DNA from: Collinsella sp.
Lineage (GTDB): Bacteria; Actinomycetota; Coriobacteriia; Coriobacteriales; Coriobacteriaceae
Length of the DNA stretch: 64,000 nucleotides
Reading direction: 5' to 3'
NCBI GenBank assembly: GCA_014871655.1
Contig: WGSK01000006.1
Coordinates: forward strand, 882 to 64,881
A program made the translations under genes and the position numbers. The notes under the pieces were generated by a model, which made no database searches, was not told the origin of the DNA, and was given only the letters and a program-made list of their open reading frames with translations. Below are positions 54,568-64,000 of this stretch, in pieces; positions within the stretch are counted from its first letter, which is position 1; each line of letters begins with the position of its first letter.

Positions 54568-56484
54568 CTAGGCGCGCTCCTCGATAGCACCGTTTCTATA
54601 TGCATCGAGCAGCTGGCGCAGGTCCTGGATCTGGCTGCGGATCTTGGCACCGGAATCGGTGTCGCTCACCATGCGGCGACGGTCGGCCTCGTCAAAGCGG
54701 TTGGTCTCGCTTTCGATATCGACGTTGCGGGTGAGTGCCTCGGCAACCGTCGTAAAGGCCCGGTGCGACTTGAGGCGGCAGCCGCGCGAGCTCGAGATGA
54801 GCGTATAGCCGGCGATACCCGTCTTGGGATGGTAAGCGCGGCAGAAGCCGCCATCGATGACCAGCAGCTTGCCCTCGGCGCGGATGGGCTGCTCTCCCTT
54901 GGTGGTTTTAACGGGCGTGTGGCCGTTGATGATGTGACCGGTCGGTGAGCATGCCATGGGCGCGACGCTAAACTCGCGCATGATGTCATCGCAGACCGAG
55001 GGCGACTTGGTAAGCGTAAAGTACGGGTCCATCGGCTCGACCCAGGTGCTCTTATCGGCGATATAGGCGCGCTCAAAGGTGCGCACCAGGCGTCCGCTGG
55101 CGGGTGAGTTAAAGCCAATCCACAGGTACCACATCCAGTCGAGAGCGTCGCGGTCGCCCACGCGCCAGGCGCGGCGGGCGATGTGGTCGCAAAAATCGAG
55201 ATAATCGCGGCCAGCGTGCCAGGTGCCCAGGCAGTTCATGCTGCTAAAGGTGCCGTCTTCGTTGAGCGGCACGCAGCCATGGAACAGCAGGTTGCCGTTG
55301 GCGACCTTGTACATCGAGCCGTGGGAATAGAGGAAATCGATATGGCGATGCAGGTGATCGGCGGTGACAAACTCGGACACGAGCTTGTCGATGATGTGCT
55401 GCTCCTGAGACGTGAGCGTATAGGGGTCCGTCGGGTCGACGGTGGGGAAGTCGTTGGTCGTGAGCGGCCACACGCTGCCGTCGGCAAGCGTGACCGTGCC
55501 GGCGTCGTAGTCGATCTTGTCGAGCAGCAGGCGGTCGGTCATGTCGAACTCGGGGTGGCGCTGGATAATCTGGCCCTCGAGTTTAAAGAGCAGCACGTTG
55601 ATGGCCTTGATCAGCGGGGTGATGGACTCACCGGCGGTGTAGGTGGCATCGGCAAAGGCGACGAGCTCGCGCAGCGAGATGCCGTAGTCGTTCTCGAGGA
55701 TCTCGTAATTGTCGTAGCGCAGGTTGTTGCGCAGCACCGTGGCTATGCAGGCGGGCTCACCGGCCGCAGCGCCCATCCACAGTAGGTCGTGGTTGCCCCA
55801 CTGAATGTCGAGCGAATGATAGGTGAGCAGGCGGTCCATAATCTTGGCAGCGCCGCCGCCACGGTCGAATATATCGCCCACCAGGTGCAGGTGGTCGACG
55901 GCCAGGCGCTTGATGAGCGAGGCGAGCGACTCGATAAAGTCGTCGGCGCTTGCGGTCTCTAGGATGGACTCCACGATGCGCTCGTGATAACGCACGCGGT
56001 AGTTGTTCTCATCCGGATGCGTGTGCAGCAACTCGTCGATGATGTAGGCGTAATCGCGAGGGATGGCCTTGCGCACCTTGGAGCGGGTATAGCGGCTCGA
56101 AAGCGAGCGGGCGACCACAATGAGCTGGTCGAGCATGGTCTTATACCAGGTGGGCGAGTCCTCGCGCCGGCTGCGGACAAGATCGATCTTCTCGCGCGGA
56201 TAGTAGATGAGCGTGCACAGCTCGCCCTTTTCGTCAAAGGAGAGCGTGTCGCCAAAGATCTCGTCGACATGCTCGCGCACAACGCCCGAGCAGTTGTTGA
56301 GGATGTGCATAAAGGCTTCGTACTCGCCGTGCACATCGCTCATAAAATGCTCGGTGCCCTTGGGCAGGTTGAGAATGGCCGAGAGGTTGATAATTTCGGT
56401 AAACGCGGATTGTTCGGTGGGGAACTGTCTCGACAGCAGGCGCAGATACTTGAAGTCTTGCGGGTTGCGATCGAATGCGACCAT
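54568..56484 (-). CDS. fbp: Fructose-1,6-bisphosphatase class 3
   Basis: EIINLSAILNLPKGTEHFMSDVHGE, VGDIFDRG, QWGNHD, HIINGHTPV, VIDGGF; GAAGG SD. Confidence 0.93.
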   Translation of the reverse strand: MVAFDRNPQDFKYLRLLSRQFPTEQSAFTEIINLSAILNLPKGTEHFMSDVHGEYEAFMHILNNCSGVVREHVDEIFGDTLSFDEKGELCTLIYYPREKIDLVRSRREDSPTWYKTMLDQLIVVARSLSSRYTRSKVRKAIPRDYAYIIDELLHTHPDENNYRVRYHERIVESILETASADDFIESLASLIKRLAVDHLHLVGDIFDRGGGAAKIMDRLLTYHSLDIQWGNHDLLWMGAAAGEPACIATVLRNNLRYDNYEILENDYGISLRELVAFADATYTAGESITPLIKAINVLLFKLEGQIIQRHPEFDMTDRLLLDKIDYDAGTVTLADGSVWPLTTNDFPTVDPTDPYTLTSQEQHIIDKLVSEFVTADHLHRHIDFLYSHGSMYKVANGNLLFHGCVPLNEDGTFSSMNCLGTWHAGRDYLDFCDHIARRAWRVGDRDALDWMWYLWIGFNSPASGRLVRTFERAYIADKSTWVEPMDPYFTLTKSPSVCDDIMREFSVAPMACSPTGHIINGHTPVKTTKGEQPIRAEGKLLVIDGGFCRAYHPKTGIAGYTLISSSRGCRLKSHRAFTTVAEALTRNVDIESETNRFDEADRRRMVSDTDSGAKIRSQIQDLRQLLDAYRNGAIEERA

Positions 56485-56600
56485 GAAACACCTTCCGATA
56501 TGGTTGGTAAAACTGATAAACAGCGTCAAACGTTTATCAGTATGCGCTGGCTTTGTTTCGATTTTGCGCCGGCGGCTGAATTGTCGGCTGAACGGTTTGG

Positions 56601-56612
56601 TAAATCGATTTA
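56601..56612. promoter_or_regulatory. LacI-family-like operator upstream of fbp
   Basis: Perfect palindrome TAAATCGATTTA. Confidence 0.5.
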
Positions 56613-56803
56613 GTTGAGGTTGATGTGTCGGTTGGGTGGAGACGAAGGGAGTGATTTTGCCCATATGGGCCCATAGCGGGGATGGGGATTTTCATGATAA
56701 AGATATTCAATGCAAATGGTTCGAATTGGTAAATAGTGGACGTTTGTATCGTATTTAGGCTTGCTGTGCGATAATTTGCGCAGCAATACTTAAGGAGCCT
56801 CAT

Positions 56804-57694
56804 ATGAGTGATTTTGTCCTGACCTGTGAATCCGCCGCCGACCGAACCCGTGAGTTCTTTGCGTCGCGCAATATCCCTGTCGTGTGTTTTCATTACGAGA
56901 TCGACGATGTTGTCTATACGGACGATCTGTATCAGTCGATTACACCGGACGAGTTTTTTGCCCAGATTGCCGCGGGCGCCATGCCCAAGACGTCTCAGGT
57001 GAGCGTGGGTGAGTACGAGGAGTTTTGGGAGCCGTTTGTTGCCGAGGGTAAAGACGTGCTGCATCTGACGCTGTCGTCGGGTATTTCGGGTACGTATGGT
57101 TCGGCTTGCGTTGCGGCGCAGATGCTCGCGGATCGCTATCCTCAGGGCGGCAAGGTGCGCGTCATCGATTCGCTGGCGGCGTCTTCGGGCTTTGGCCTAT
57201 TGCTGGAATATGCCGCCGACGTGCGCGATAGCGGCGCTTCGCTCGACGAGACGGCCGCTTGGATTGAGGAGCATAAACTCTACCTTCACCACTGGTTCTT
57301 CTCGACCGATCTGTCGAGCTACCTGCGCGGCGGTCGCATTTCAGCCGCGAGCGCGATCATCGGCACGGCGCTTAAGATTTGCCCGCTTATGACGGTCGAT
57401 TGCGAAGGCAAGCTGTCGCCACGTGAGAAGATCCGCACCAAGAAGCGCGCGATTTCCGAGATGGCTAAGACCATGATGGCGCACGTGCAGGACGGTGCGG
57501 ATTATTCGGGTAAGTGTATCTTGTCCCATTCGGCGTGCCGCGAGGATGCCGAGGCCGTTGCGGCACTGATTGAGGAACAAGTTCCGCGGCTCAAAGGCAA
57601 GATTGAGATCAATAGCATTGGTGCTCTGATCGGTTCGCACACCGGACCTGGTACGGTGGCGCTCTTCTTTATGGGCGACAAGCGCGTGGATTAA
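56804..57694 (+). CDS. DegV family fatty-acid binding protein
   Basis: PKTSQ, LSSGISGTY, VIDS, LRGGRIS, IGSHTGPG; AAGGAG SD. Confidence 0.93.
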   Translation: MSDFVLTCESAADRTREFFASRNIPVVCFHYEIDDVVYTDDLYQSITPDEFFAQIAAGAMPKTSQVSVGEYEEFWEPFVAEGKDVLHLTLSSGISGTYGSACVAAQMLADRYPQGGKVRVIDSLAASSGFGLLLEYAADVRDSGASLDETAAWIEEHKLYLHHWFFSTDLSSYLRGGRISAASAIIGTALKICPLMTVDCEGKLSPREKIRTKKRAISEMAKTMMAHVQDGADYSGKCILSHSACREDAEAVAALIEEQVPRLKGKIEINSIGALIGSHTGPGTVALFFMGDKRVD

Positions 57695-57728
57695 TTCGCC
57701 CCATCACGTCGCGCACGATTGCTCAAAC

Positions 57729-57762
57729 GAAAACGGCCCGTCTCACGTTTGTGGGGCGGGCC
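57729..57762 (-). terminator. Terminator between convergent genes
   Basis: GGCCCGTCTCAC/GTGGGGCGGGCC stem with an A-run on +. Confidence 0.6.
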
Positions 57763-57774
57763 TTGCTGTTGGGG

Positions 57775-58866
57775 TTAGCGTTTCTTTCCGCGGAAGAAGA
57801 AGCCGTGCAGTGACGGCTTGAGGCCGCGGTTGGCGCGATGCTCCTCGACGCGCTCGTGGATCGAAGCGACGCGCTCGATGACTTCGTCGGGAATCGGCAC
57901 GTCGGGATTCATGTTCTCGACCTGGCTGACCTCGGCGGCGGAGACCTGGTCGATAATGGGCACATCGTCGTGCGAGATGACAGGTGTGGCGTCTTCCTTC
58001 ATCTTGCGATAACGCTGCATCATGTCGGTCTGTAGCTGCTGGGCCGAAGGCGGCGTCCAGATGATGGCGTTGGCGCCGGCGGCGATGGTTTCACGGATGC
58101 TCTCGGGCGTCTTGCCGCCCGGCGCGATGAGCGGCAGGTTGGGATAGTGCTTGCGCAGCTCGCGTAGGACCTGGGGCGTGTTCTTGCCGGCGGCGATGTT
58201 GAGAATCTTGGCTCCAGCGCGCACCTTGGCGTGGGCATCGTCGTCGCAGCGAACGACCGTAGCGATGACGGGGATGTCGGCGATGTTGGTGATGTGCTCG
58301 ACCATCTCGGCGGTGGCGGGGGAGTTGACCACACAGCCCGCCGCGCCCTGCATCTCGGAGACGGCTGCCATCTGAACGGAGCGCTTGCCGGTGGTGGTGC
58401 CACCGCCCACGCCTACGAAGACCGGGCACTCGGCGACGGTCAGCAGCGCCTGCGTAATGGCGGGCTGCGGCGTGAAGGGGTAAACGGCAAAGACGGCATC
58501 GGCGTTGGAGTTGCGGATGACCGCGACGTCGGTGGTGTAGATGAGCGATTTGATACGACGGCCGAAGAGCGTGAAGCCGCTGGCCTCCTCAATCTCGTCA
58601 GGCATGCGAAGGGCCGCCTTGCGCAGGCGCCCGTCGATGGGCAGCGGCTCCATGGGAAGCAGTCCGTTGGGGGTCACGGCTACCTGGGGTTCGGTGAACT
58701 CGTCTGCGAGCTCGACCTCGGAGAAATCGACCGAGGCGACGATGTCCTCGTGAACCTCGGCGCGCACATCGATGGGGGCTTGGTCGTTTGCCGCGGCAGG
58801 CGTGTCGAAGGAGCTGGTGCCGACGAAGGCGTCGACGCGCTCATTTAGATCGTTGAGGGTATCCAT
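57775..58866 (-). CDS. Uncharacterised TIM-barrel protein
   Basis: TTDVAVI..ADAVFAVYPFTP, GVGGGTT, GGKT...TIAAGANAI phosphate-binding-barrel pattern. Confidence 0.7.
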   Translation of the reverse strand: MDTLNDLNERVDAFVGTSSFDTPAAANDQAPIDVRAEVHEDIVASVDFSEVELADEFTEPQVAVTPNGLLPMEPLPIDGRLRKAALRMPDEIEEASGFTLFGRRIKSLIYTTDVAVIRNSNADAVFAVYPFTPQPAITQALLTVAECPVFVGVGGGTTTGKRSVQMAAVSEMQGAAGCVVNSPATAEMVEHITNIADIPVIATVVRCDDDAHAKVRAGAKILNIAAGKNTPQVLRELRKHYPNLPLIAPGGKTPESIRETIAAGANAIIWTPPSAQQLQTDMMQRYRKMKEDATPVISHDDVPIIDQVSAAEVSQVENMNPDVPIPDEVIERVASIHERVEEHRANRGLKPSLHGFFFRGKKR

Positions 58867-59057
58867 GGAAGCTCGATTCTATGTGATGACGGCCGGCGCG
58901 ATGCAGCCGGAATTGCGAATGCTAAATCGTTTGACGAGTTGATTTTTCCCCGCCGCGCCGTCCGTTAGACCGAAGGGCCGGCGAACGTGAAGGAGCTGTG
59001 GTGGCGGGTATTGAGGTGCTATCTTGAATGTCCCGTTTAAAAGAGAGGTGACGCGGT

Positions 59058-59228
59058 ATGGAATTGACAGCAATGTTTGGCTCGATTGGCCTGTGTGTGG
59101 GCGCAATCGTTGCCGCCGCGGTCATCTACTTTGTGGTCACGGCCATTAAGGGCAAAAGGGCCGAACGCAAGGAGCGCGCGACGCTTAAACAGCATCGCGA
59201 CCAGCAGAGCAAACGCGCACGGAGATAG
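59058..59228 (+). CDS. Small (56 aa) single-TM protein, absent from the ORF track
   Basis: GAGGTG SD 7 nt before ATG; MELTAMFGSIGLCVGAIVAAAVIYFVVTAIKGKRAERKERATLKQHRDQQSKRARR. Confidence 0.7.
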   Translation: MELTAMFGSIGLCVGAIVAAAVIYFVVTAIKGKRAERKERATLKQHRDQQSKRARR

Positions 59229-59252
59229 CTTGTTGAGTTTTGGATCCGTGCG

Positions 59253-60356
59253 CTAGCTGCGTTTTCGGATCAGGGCAATGTAGAAGCCCTCAAAGTCGCG
59301 GCTAGGCGGAATGGTGAGCGTGCCGGACAGGCCGTTGGCGATGGCCGATACCTGACCCGCGGCAATGGCCTCGGTTAGGGCGTTGGACTCGATGCGCGGC
59401 TCCTCGCCAGCTTCCTGGGCGCGGCGTGCCTCACTTTCGCTTGGCGTGCCGTCGAGGGGGATGAGCTCGCAGTCCATATGCTTGTCGAGGGCCTCTTGCA
59501 GGGCGTCCTCGTTTTCCTGCGGCAAGATCGAACAAGTCGAATAGACGAGCGTGCCGCCCGGTTTGAGGGCTCCCATGGCGCGGTCCAGAAGCGCACGCTG
59601 CGAGCGGGCGCATTTGACGAGCAGCTGCTCGGTCAGGCCGCGCAGGCTTTTCTCGTTGCCGCTGATAACGGTGCCCGTGCCGGTGCAGGGAGCGTCGAGC
59701 AGGATGCGGTCAAAGCGGAAGAACTCGTCGAGCTCGCGTGCGTCGATGCGCATGACGGGCACGTTTTTGGCACCCTGGCGATGGAGGTTTGACTCGAGCT
59801 TTTCGGCGCGGGGAATGCTCATCTCGCAGGCCGTGAGGTGTGCCTGGCCCTGGGTGAGGGCGGCGATCTGCGTTGTCTTGCCGCCAGGGGCTGCGCACAT
59901 GTCCAGGATGTCCTCGCCGGCCTGAGCGCCCAGGACCAACGGCGGCATCATGGACGACAGGCTCTGCAGATAGATTTTGCCGTCGCGGTAGATGCCGAGA
60001 TCCCACAGATCGGAAACCTGGGCCTCGGGCAGGATAAAGGCGTCTGGGTACCAAGCGACGGGGTTGTGGGCGATGCCGGCGGCACCGAGCGCCGCAGCGA
60101 TGTCCTCGGCGGTCGCCTTGAGCGTGTTGGCGCGCAGCGTGACCGGGCGTGTGGCCGCGGCGCCGAAGCCCTCGATCATGAGCTCGGCATCGGCGGGCGC
60201 ATAGGCGCCGGCGACCGTGTCGACCATAAAGCGCGGCAGGTCGGCGGCCCAGGGAAGGGCGGCAAGCTGGTCGGAAAGCTCGGTAGCAGCAAACTGCCTG
60301 AGCTTGAGCTCGGCCTTGACCTGCTTTTTCTGCTTACGACGACGCGGCTTGGACAT
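59253..60356 (-). CDS. RsmB/NOP (RsmF-like) rRNA m5C methyltransferase
   Basis: LRANTLK, YLQSLSSM, LDMCAAPGGKT, ILLDAPCTG, VYSTCS..ENE, EGFYIA. Confidence 0.92.
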   Translation of the reverse strand: MSKPRRRKQKKQVKAELKLRQFAATELSDQLAALPWAADLPRFMVDTVAGAYAPADAELMIEGFGAAATRPVTLRANTLKATAEDIAAALGAAGIAHNPVAWYPDAFILPEAQVSDLWDLGIYRDGKIYLQSLSSMMPPLVLGAQAGEDILDMCAAPGGKTTQIAALTQGQAHLTACEMSIPRAEKLESNLHRQGAKNVPVMRIDARELDEFFRFDRILLDAPCTGTGTVISGNEKSLRGLTEQLLVKCARSQRALLDRAMGALKPGGTLVYSTCSILPQENEDALQEALDKHMDCELIPLDGTPSESEARRAQEAGEEPRIESNALTEAIAAGQVSAIANGLSGTLTIPPSRDFEGFYIALIRKRS

Positions 60357-60382
60357 CCGTCTTTCCTTCCCATTCCATTAAA

Positions 60383-60491
60383 AGTAGTCAATTTGGGACG
60401 GGGCTATTTTAGCTGCCCGTCCGTTTCGGCAGGCGTTGCAGTTAAATTTGGGACGGGGTAGCTAAAATAGCCCCGTCCCAAATTGACTACT
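60383..60491. repeat. REP-like palindrome family B, copy 2
   Basis: Perfect 32-bp arms 60383-60414 and 60460-60491 with core TTTGGGACGGGGCTATTTTAGCT. Confidence 0.88.
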
Positions 60492-60507
60492 CTGCCTTGG
60501 TGTTGGC

Positions 60508-62658
60508 TTAGTACTGGCTCTCGTGCTTGCTGAAGAAGTCGAAGCGCGGGGGCAGCGGCTTCACGCGGTGCTCACCGGGCTTCTCGCCCAAGCTCTCCAC
60601 AAACTCGTCCGTGGAGGCAAAGATGTTATCCCAGCTAAAGAAGGCGACCGGATCGACGTCGAAGTATTCGCAGATGAGCTCGCAGCCGGCCGGCACAATA
60701 CCGTGCATGAGCACGGTCGCCACGCGCAGCTCGGTAAAGGCGTCGACGAGGGCCTGCGTCATGGCGGCGTTGGCTGGCTCACCCTCGAGCTTGTTGGCGG
60801 CCTTGGAGGCGTCACTCCAGCGCTTGTTGGCGGCGCGCAGGTAGTCGTCGCACACGGCAAGCGCACGGTGCGTCTCGAACTTGTACATGGCCTGCTCAAA
60901 GGCAAGGGCAGCCTGCTCGGCGGCCTCGACCACGGCGGCAGAGGCCGCGCCGGCGGGGATGCAGCCGTTGCGATAGGGACTCTCGTCGCCTTCCTTGACG
61001 GCGACGCCGTAGAAGCAGCTGCGGGCTAGGCGGTTGAACACGCCGGTCAGCAGCGCGCTCTCCTTAAGGGCCGGATCGATGACGCGCTTGTCGTCGCAGG
61101 CGCGCACCTCGTTGCCGTCCTTGTCCTTGCCAGTCACGCGCGTGTCATATGCCTTGGGGCTAAAGCTCACCGGCTTCTCGGACAGGCCGAGCGACAGCCA
61201 ATGCGCGCGCATCTGCTCGCAGGTGTAGTGGTTGAGCAGGTCGTCTGCCGGCGGGGGAGGCGTCTGCGAGGACGAGCTGGCCTTTTTGCCCATGTAGAGC
61301 AGGTGGTAGCAGGCGCTGACGGTGCTCTGCGTAAGGTCCCAACCCAGGGCCTCCCACATGGCGGTCTGCGCGATGCAGTAGAAATAGATGTTGTCCTGAC
61401 CGATGAACTGGTAAATCTGAGCGTCGTCAGAGCACCACCAGTCGCGCCAGTCGAGCGAGCTGTGCTGGTAGGTGGGCGCGGGCACCTGCGTGGAGTCGGC
61501 GGCGGGCTCGCCCATGAGGGCGGCATCCTGGGCGGCGACACCCTCGGTCACGCCGGCGGCCTTGGCATCGCGTGCAAGCACGGTGCGGGTGTAGCTGATG
61601 GGCGCCCACAGGCTCTCGGGCCAGCACCAGCAGGTGACGTCGTTCACGCCGTCGACCTCGGGCACCGGAACGCCCCAGTCGATGTTGCCGGTGATGCGGA
61701 AGGGCACGAGCGCCTTGCCGCTGCGGAAGCGCACGCCGCCGTTGGCGAGCACTGCGTGGGCATCGTCGCGCTCCTTCCAGCTGGGGAAGGTGACGGTAAA
61801 GCTGCTCTTGTTGCCCTCGGGCTCCAGCACGGTGTGCTCGGGAAGCTGATCCTCGACGGCATCGAAGGCCTCGCGGAACTTGTTCTGGATGTAGAGCTGG
61901 GCCGGTAGCAGCCACTCCTCCATAGTCTTGGAGACCACGGAGCGAACCTGCGGGTTCTGGGCGAGCTTGGCGGTATAGGTCTTCATAAAGTCGAGGTAGG
62001 CCGGCAGGTCAAAGTAGAGGTTGTCGACCGGGCGCAGCTCGGGCACCTCGCCGGTGAGCTGGCTCTTGGGCGCGATGAGCTCCTCGGGCTCAAACTGGTG
62101 GCCCAGATCGCACTCGTCGGCATAAGCCTTCTCGGACTTGCAGCCCTGGATGGGGCAGCGGCCGATCACCTGACGGCCGTTGAGGAACGTGCCGGCCTTG
62201 GCATCGTAGAACTGCAGCGTGGAGCGCTTGGAGATGGTGCCCTGCTCGTGCAGGCGCTTGATAATCTCGGCGGTCACCTCGTTGTGGATCTGGGCCGCCG
62301 GCTCAAGGCCCGAGCCACCGTAGATGTCGCAGCTGATGTTGTAGTTGTTGAGGGTCGCGGCCTGGCGGGAGTGATTGGACTCGACATACTCGCCGATGGA
62401 CTTATCGTAGCCTTCGTTTTCCTTGAGCTTGCGGTAGCTCTCCATGATGGGCGAGCCGTAGCAGTCGGTGCCCGAGGTGAAGATGACGTTCTCGCGGCCC
62501 AGACGGTCGCGCAGGAAGCGGGCGAAGAAGTCGGCAGGGACAAAGACGCCGCCAACGTGGCCAAAGTGAAGGCCCTTGTTGCCGTAGGGCTCGCCGGCGG
62601 TAACGATGGCGCGGCGAGGCCAGCTGGGACGGTCGTTCATGGAGTATTTGGATGCCAT
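60508..62658 (-). CDS. metG: Methionine--tRNA ligase, divergent type
   Basis: PYGN..LHFGH, SGTDCYG, Zn knuckle CPIQGC..DECDLGH, WGVPVP, FIGQDNIYF; AAGGAG SD. Confidence 0.85.
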   Translation of the reverse strand: MASKYSMNDRPSWPRRAIVTAGEPYGNKGLHFGHVGGVFVPADFFARFLRDRLGRENVIFTSGTDCYGSPIMESYRKLKENEGYDKSIGEYVESNHSRQAATLNNYNISCDIYGGSGLEPAAQIHNEVTAEIIKRLHEQGTISKRSTLQFYDAKAGTFLNGRQVIGRCPIQGCKSEKAYADECDLGHQFEPEELIAPKSQLTGEVPELRPVDNLYFDLPAYLDFMKTYTAKLAQNPQVRSVVSKTMEEWLLPAQLYIQNKFREAFDAVEDQLPEHTVLEPEGNKSSFTVTFPSWKERDDAHAVLANGGVRFRSGKALVPFRITGNIDWGVPVPEVDGVNDVTCWCWPESLWAPISYTRTVLARDAKAAGVTEGVAAQDAALMGEPAADSTQVPAPTYQHSSLDWRDWWCSDDAQIYQFIGQDNIYFYCIAQTAMWEALGWDLTQSTVSACYHLLYMGKKASSSSQTPPPPADDLLNHYTCEQMRAHWLSLGLSEKPVSFSPKAYDTRVTGKDKDGNEVRACDDKRVIDPALKESALLTGVFNRLARSCFYGVAVKEGDESPYRNGCIPAGAASAAVVEAAEQAALAFEQAMYKFETHRALAVCDDYLRAANKRWSDASKAANKLEGEPANAAMTQALVDAFTELRVATVLMHGIVPAGCELICEYFDVDPVAFFSWDNIFASTDEFVESLGEKPGEHRVKPLPPRFDFFSKHESQY

Positions 62659-62790
62659 GGGACTCCTTCGCATATGGTGGGAGCGCGGCCGGGCGCAAGG
62701 CCTGGCGACGCGGTGGTCAATTCGTGCATATCGTTCGACATTATCGCACATGCGGACGGGTACGTGGCAGGGGCGCTATCCTAAGATGCT

Positions 62791-63360
62791 ATGAATGAGA
62801 TTTCCAACATACATGCGTTTGAGGACGAGGATTTTCTGCACGCTTGCTTCGTGTGGGGGATGGTCGTAGCCGGCGTGTTTGCCGTGTGCCTGGTGCCGGT
62901 GTTTATGCTGCTGGGCGGGCCTGCGGATCTGGATGCGGCTGACGCGGGTGGCTGGATGGCTGCCGTGGGCTGGATAGTCGGCTTGGCTGCGATCTCAATG
63001 GCGTCGTTCGCCGTGCACGAGCTGGTGCACGGTGTGTTTTTTAAGCTGCTGGCGCCTGCGGGCGCGAAGGTGACCTTTGGGGCGAATCGCGAGACGGCGA
63101 TGATCTATGCCTGCGCCGAGGGTGTTGTGTATTCGCGCCGGCGGTACATGGCGGTTTGCCTGGCGCCGACGGTTGTTGTGACGACAGCGTTTACCCTGGG
63201 GTTTGTGTTTTCGGGCTATCCACTGCTGTGCTACCTGGCGGCCGGCTTGCATTTGTCGGGCTGTGTGGGCGACTGGTATTACGTGCGGACCATTTTGCGC
63301 GACCGCCGCATTGTCGCCTGCGAAGATACGTCCTTTGGCGTGCGCTTTTTCGCAAAGTAG
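62791..63360 (+). CDS. DUF3267 putative membrane zincin peptidase
   Basis: HELVH, LAP, GCVGD; several TMs. Confidence 0.82.
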   Translation: MNEISNIHAFEDEDFLHACFVWGMVVAGVFAVCLVPVFMLLGGPADLDAADAGGWMAAVGWIVGLAAISMASFAVHELVHGVFFKLLAPAGAKVTFGANRETAMIYACAEGVVYSRRRYMAVCLAPTVVVTTAFTLGFVFSGYPLLCYLAAGLHLSGCVGDWYYVRTILRDRRIVACEDTSFGVRFFAK

Positions 63361-63364
63361 TCTT

Positions 63365-63421
63365 TTTGGGACGGGGCTATTTTAGCTGCCATGATGTCGG
63401 GGTGAGTTTTCTGGGACGGGG
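63365..63421. repeat. REP-like family B, single arm plus fragment
   Basis: TTTGGGACGGGGCTATTTTAGCTGCC (63365-63390) and TGGGACGGGG (63412-63421). Confidence 0.75.
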
Positions 63422-63427
63422 ATGTCG

Positions 63428-64000
63428 ATGAAGTCGTTGTTGCTGCATGCGTGCTGTGCACCATGCTCGCTTGAGCCGGTTCGCCTGCTGCGCGAGGAGG
63501 GGTTTGAGCCCACGATTTGCTGGACCAATCCCAATATTCAACCGCGCGATGAATGGCGGCGGCGTCTGGACGAGCTGCGCCGGTGGTGTGCCGATGGCGA
63601 CATCGAGCTCATCGAGGCGGGGGAGGACCGCGAGCGCTGGGAGGCCGGCGTGGCCCCGCTGGGTGCCGATCGGCCCCGTCGCTGTCGCTCGTGCTATGCC
63701 CTGCGCTTGGCCGAGGCGTGCCGCGTGGCCCAGGAGCGCGGGTTTGAGTTTGTGGGCACGACGCTCGCCGTCTCGCCGTATCAGCTGTTCGATACCTGCA
63801 ATGATGTTTTGGAGCGTCTGGCTGCCGCCCGCGGTCTCACTCCGGTGATTCGCGATTTTCGCCCGTATTATCCCGAGGCTACGCGCCGTTCGCGTGAGCT
63901 GGGCATGTATCGGCAGAATTACTGCGGCTGCCGTTTCTCGGCGGTCGAGGCGGCCATGGATCGCGCCCGCATCCGCGACGAGCGCAAAGCCGCCAAAAAG
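63428..64000 (+). CDS. queH: Epoxyqueuosine reductase (runs off the window end)
   Basis: MKSLLLHACCAPCS, NPNIQP, RCRSCYALRL, TTLAVSP, YRQNYCGCRFS. Confidence 0.92.
   Translation, partial: MKSLLLHACCAPCSLEPVRLLREEGFEPTICWTNPNIQPRDEWRRRLDELRRWCADGDIELIEAGEDRERWEAGVAPLGADRPRRCRSCYALRLAEACRVAQERGFEFVGTTLAVSPYQLFDTCNDVLERLAAARGLTPVIRDFRPYYPEATRRSRELGMYRQNYCGCRFSAVEAAMDRARIRDERKAAKK

Overview
High-GC bacterial chromosomal segment. Gene content and codon style suggest a gut Coriobacteriia member such as Collinsella (inference, not verified). Housekeeping genes: fucO-type alcohol dehydrogenase, M42 peptidase, mnmA, cysK with a divergent Rrf2 regulator, an AddAB-like pair, dnaE, a SWIM/SNF2 helicase, superoxide reductase, ruvCAB behind a LexA box, fhs, fchA-folD, C69 dipeptidase, UbiB-family kinase, class 3 fbp, DegV, an RsmB/F methyltransferase, metG and a partial queH. 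Accessory DNA: a low-GC MFS gene; a ~12 kb block between fhs and fchA (Zn-ribbon proteins, YhcG nuclease, a Tat-exported LAxTG-anchored PI-PLC, twin lipoproteins); and a cobalamin-riboswitch-led two-gene unit. That unit encodes a large surface protein with four tandem DUF4430/transcobalamin-like domains plus a beta-propeller, and a single-DUF4430 partner; it is the best candidate for a poorly described system (surface B12 capture). Other highlights are a full-length NadE homologue with its recognisable catalytic motifs substituted, a FolD lacking cyclohydrolase residues, two REP-like palindrome families, two MITE-like elements, promoter-proximal terminators and an unannotated 56-aa membrane protein. 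I recognised no rRNA, tRNA, CRISPR array, transposase or integrase. All family calls come from motif recognition by eye.
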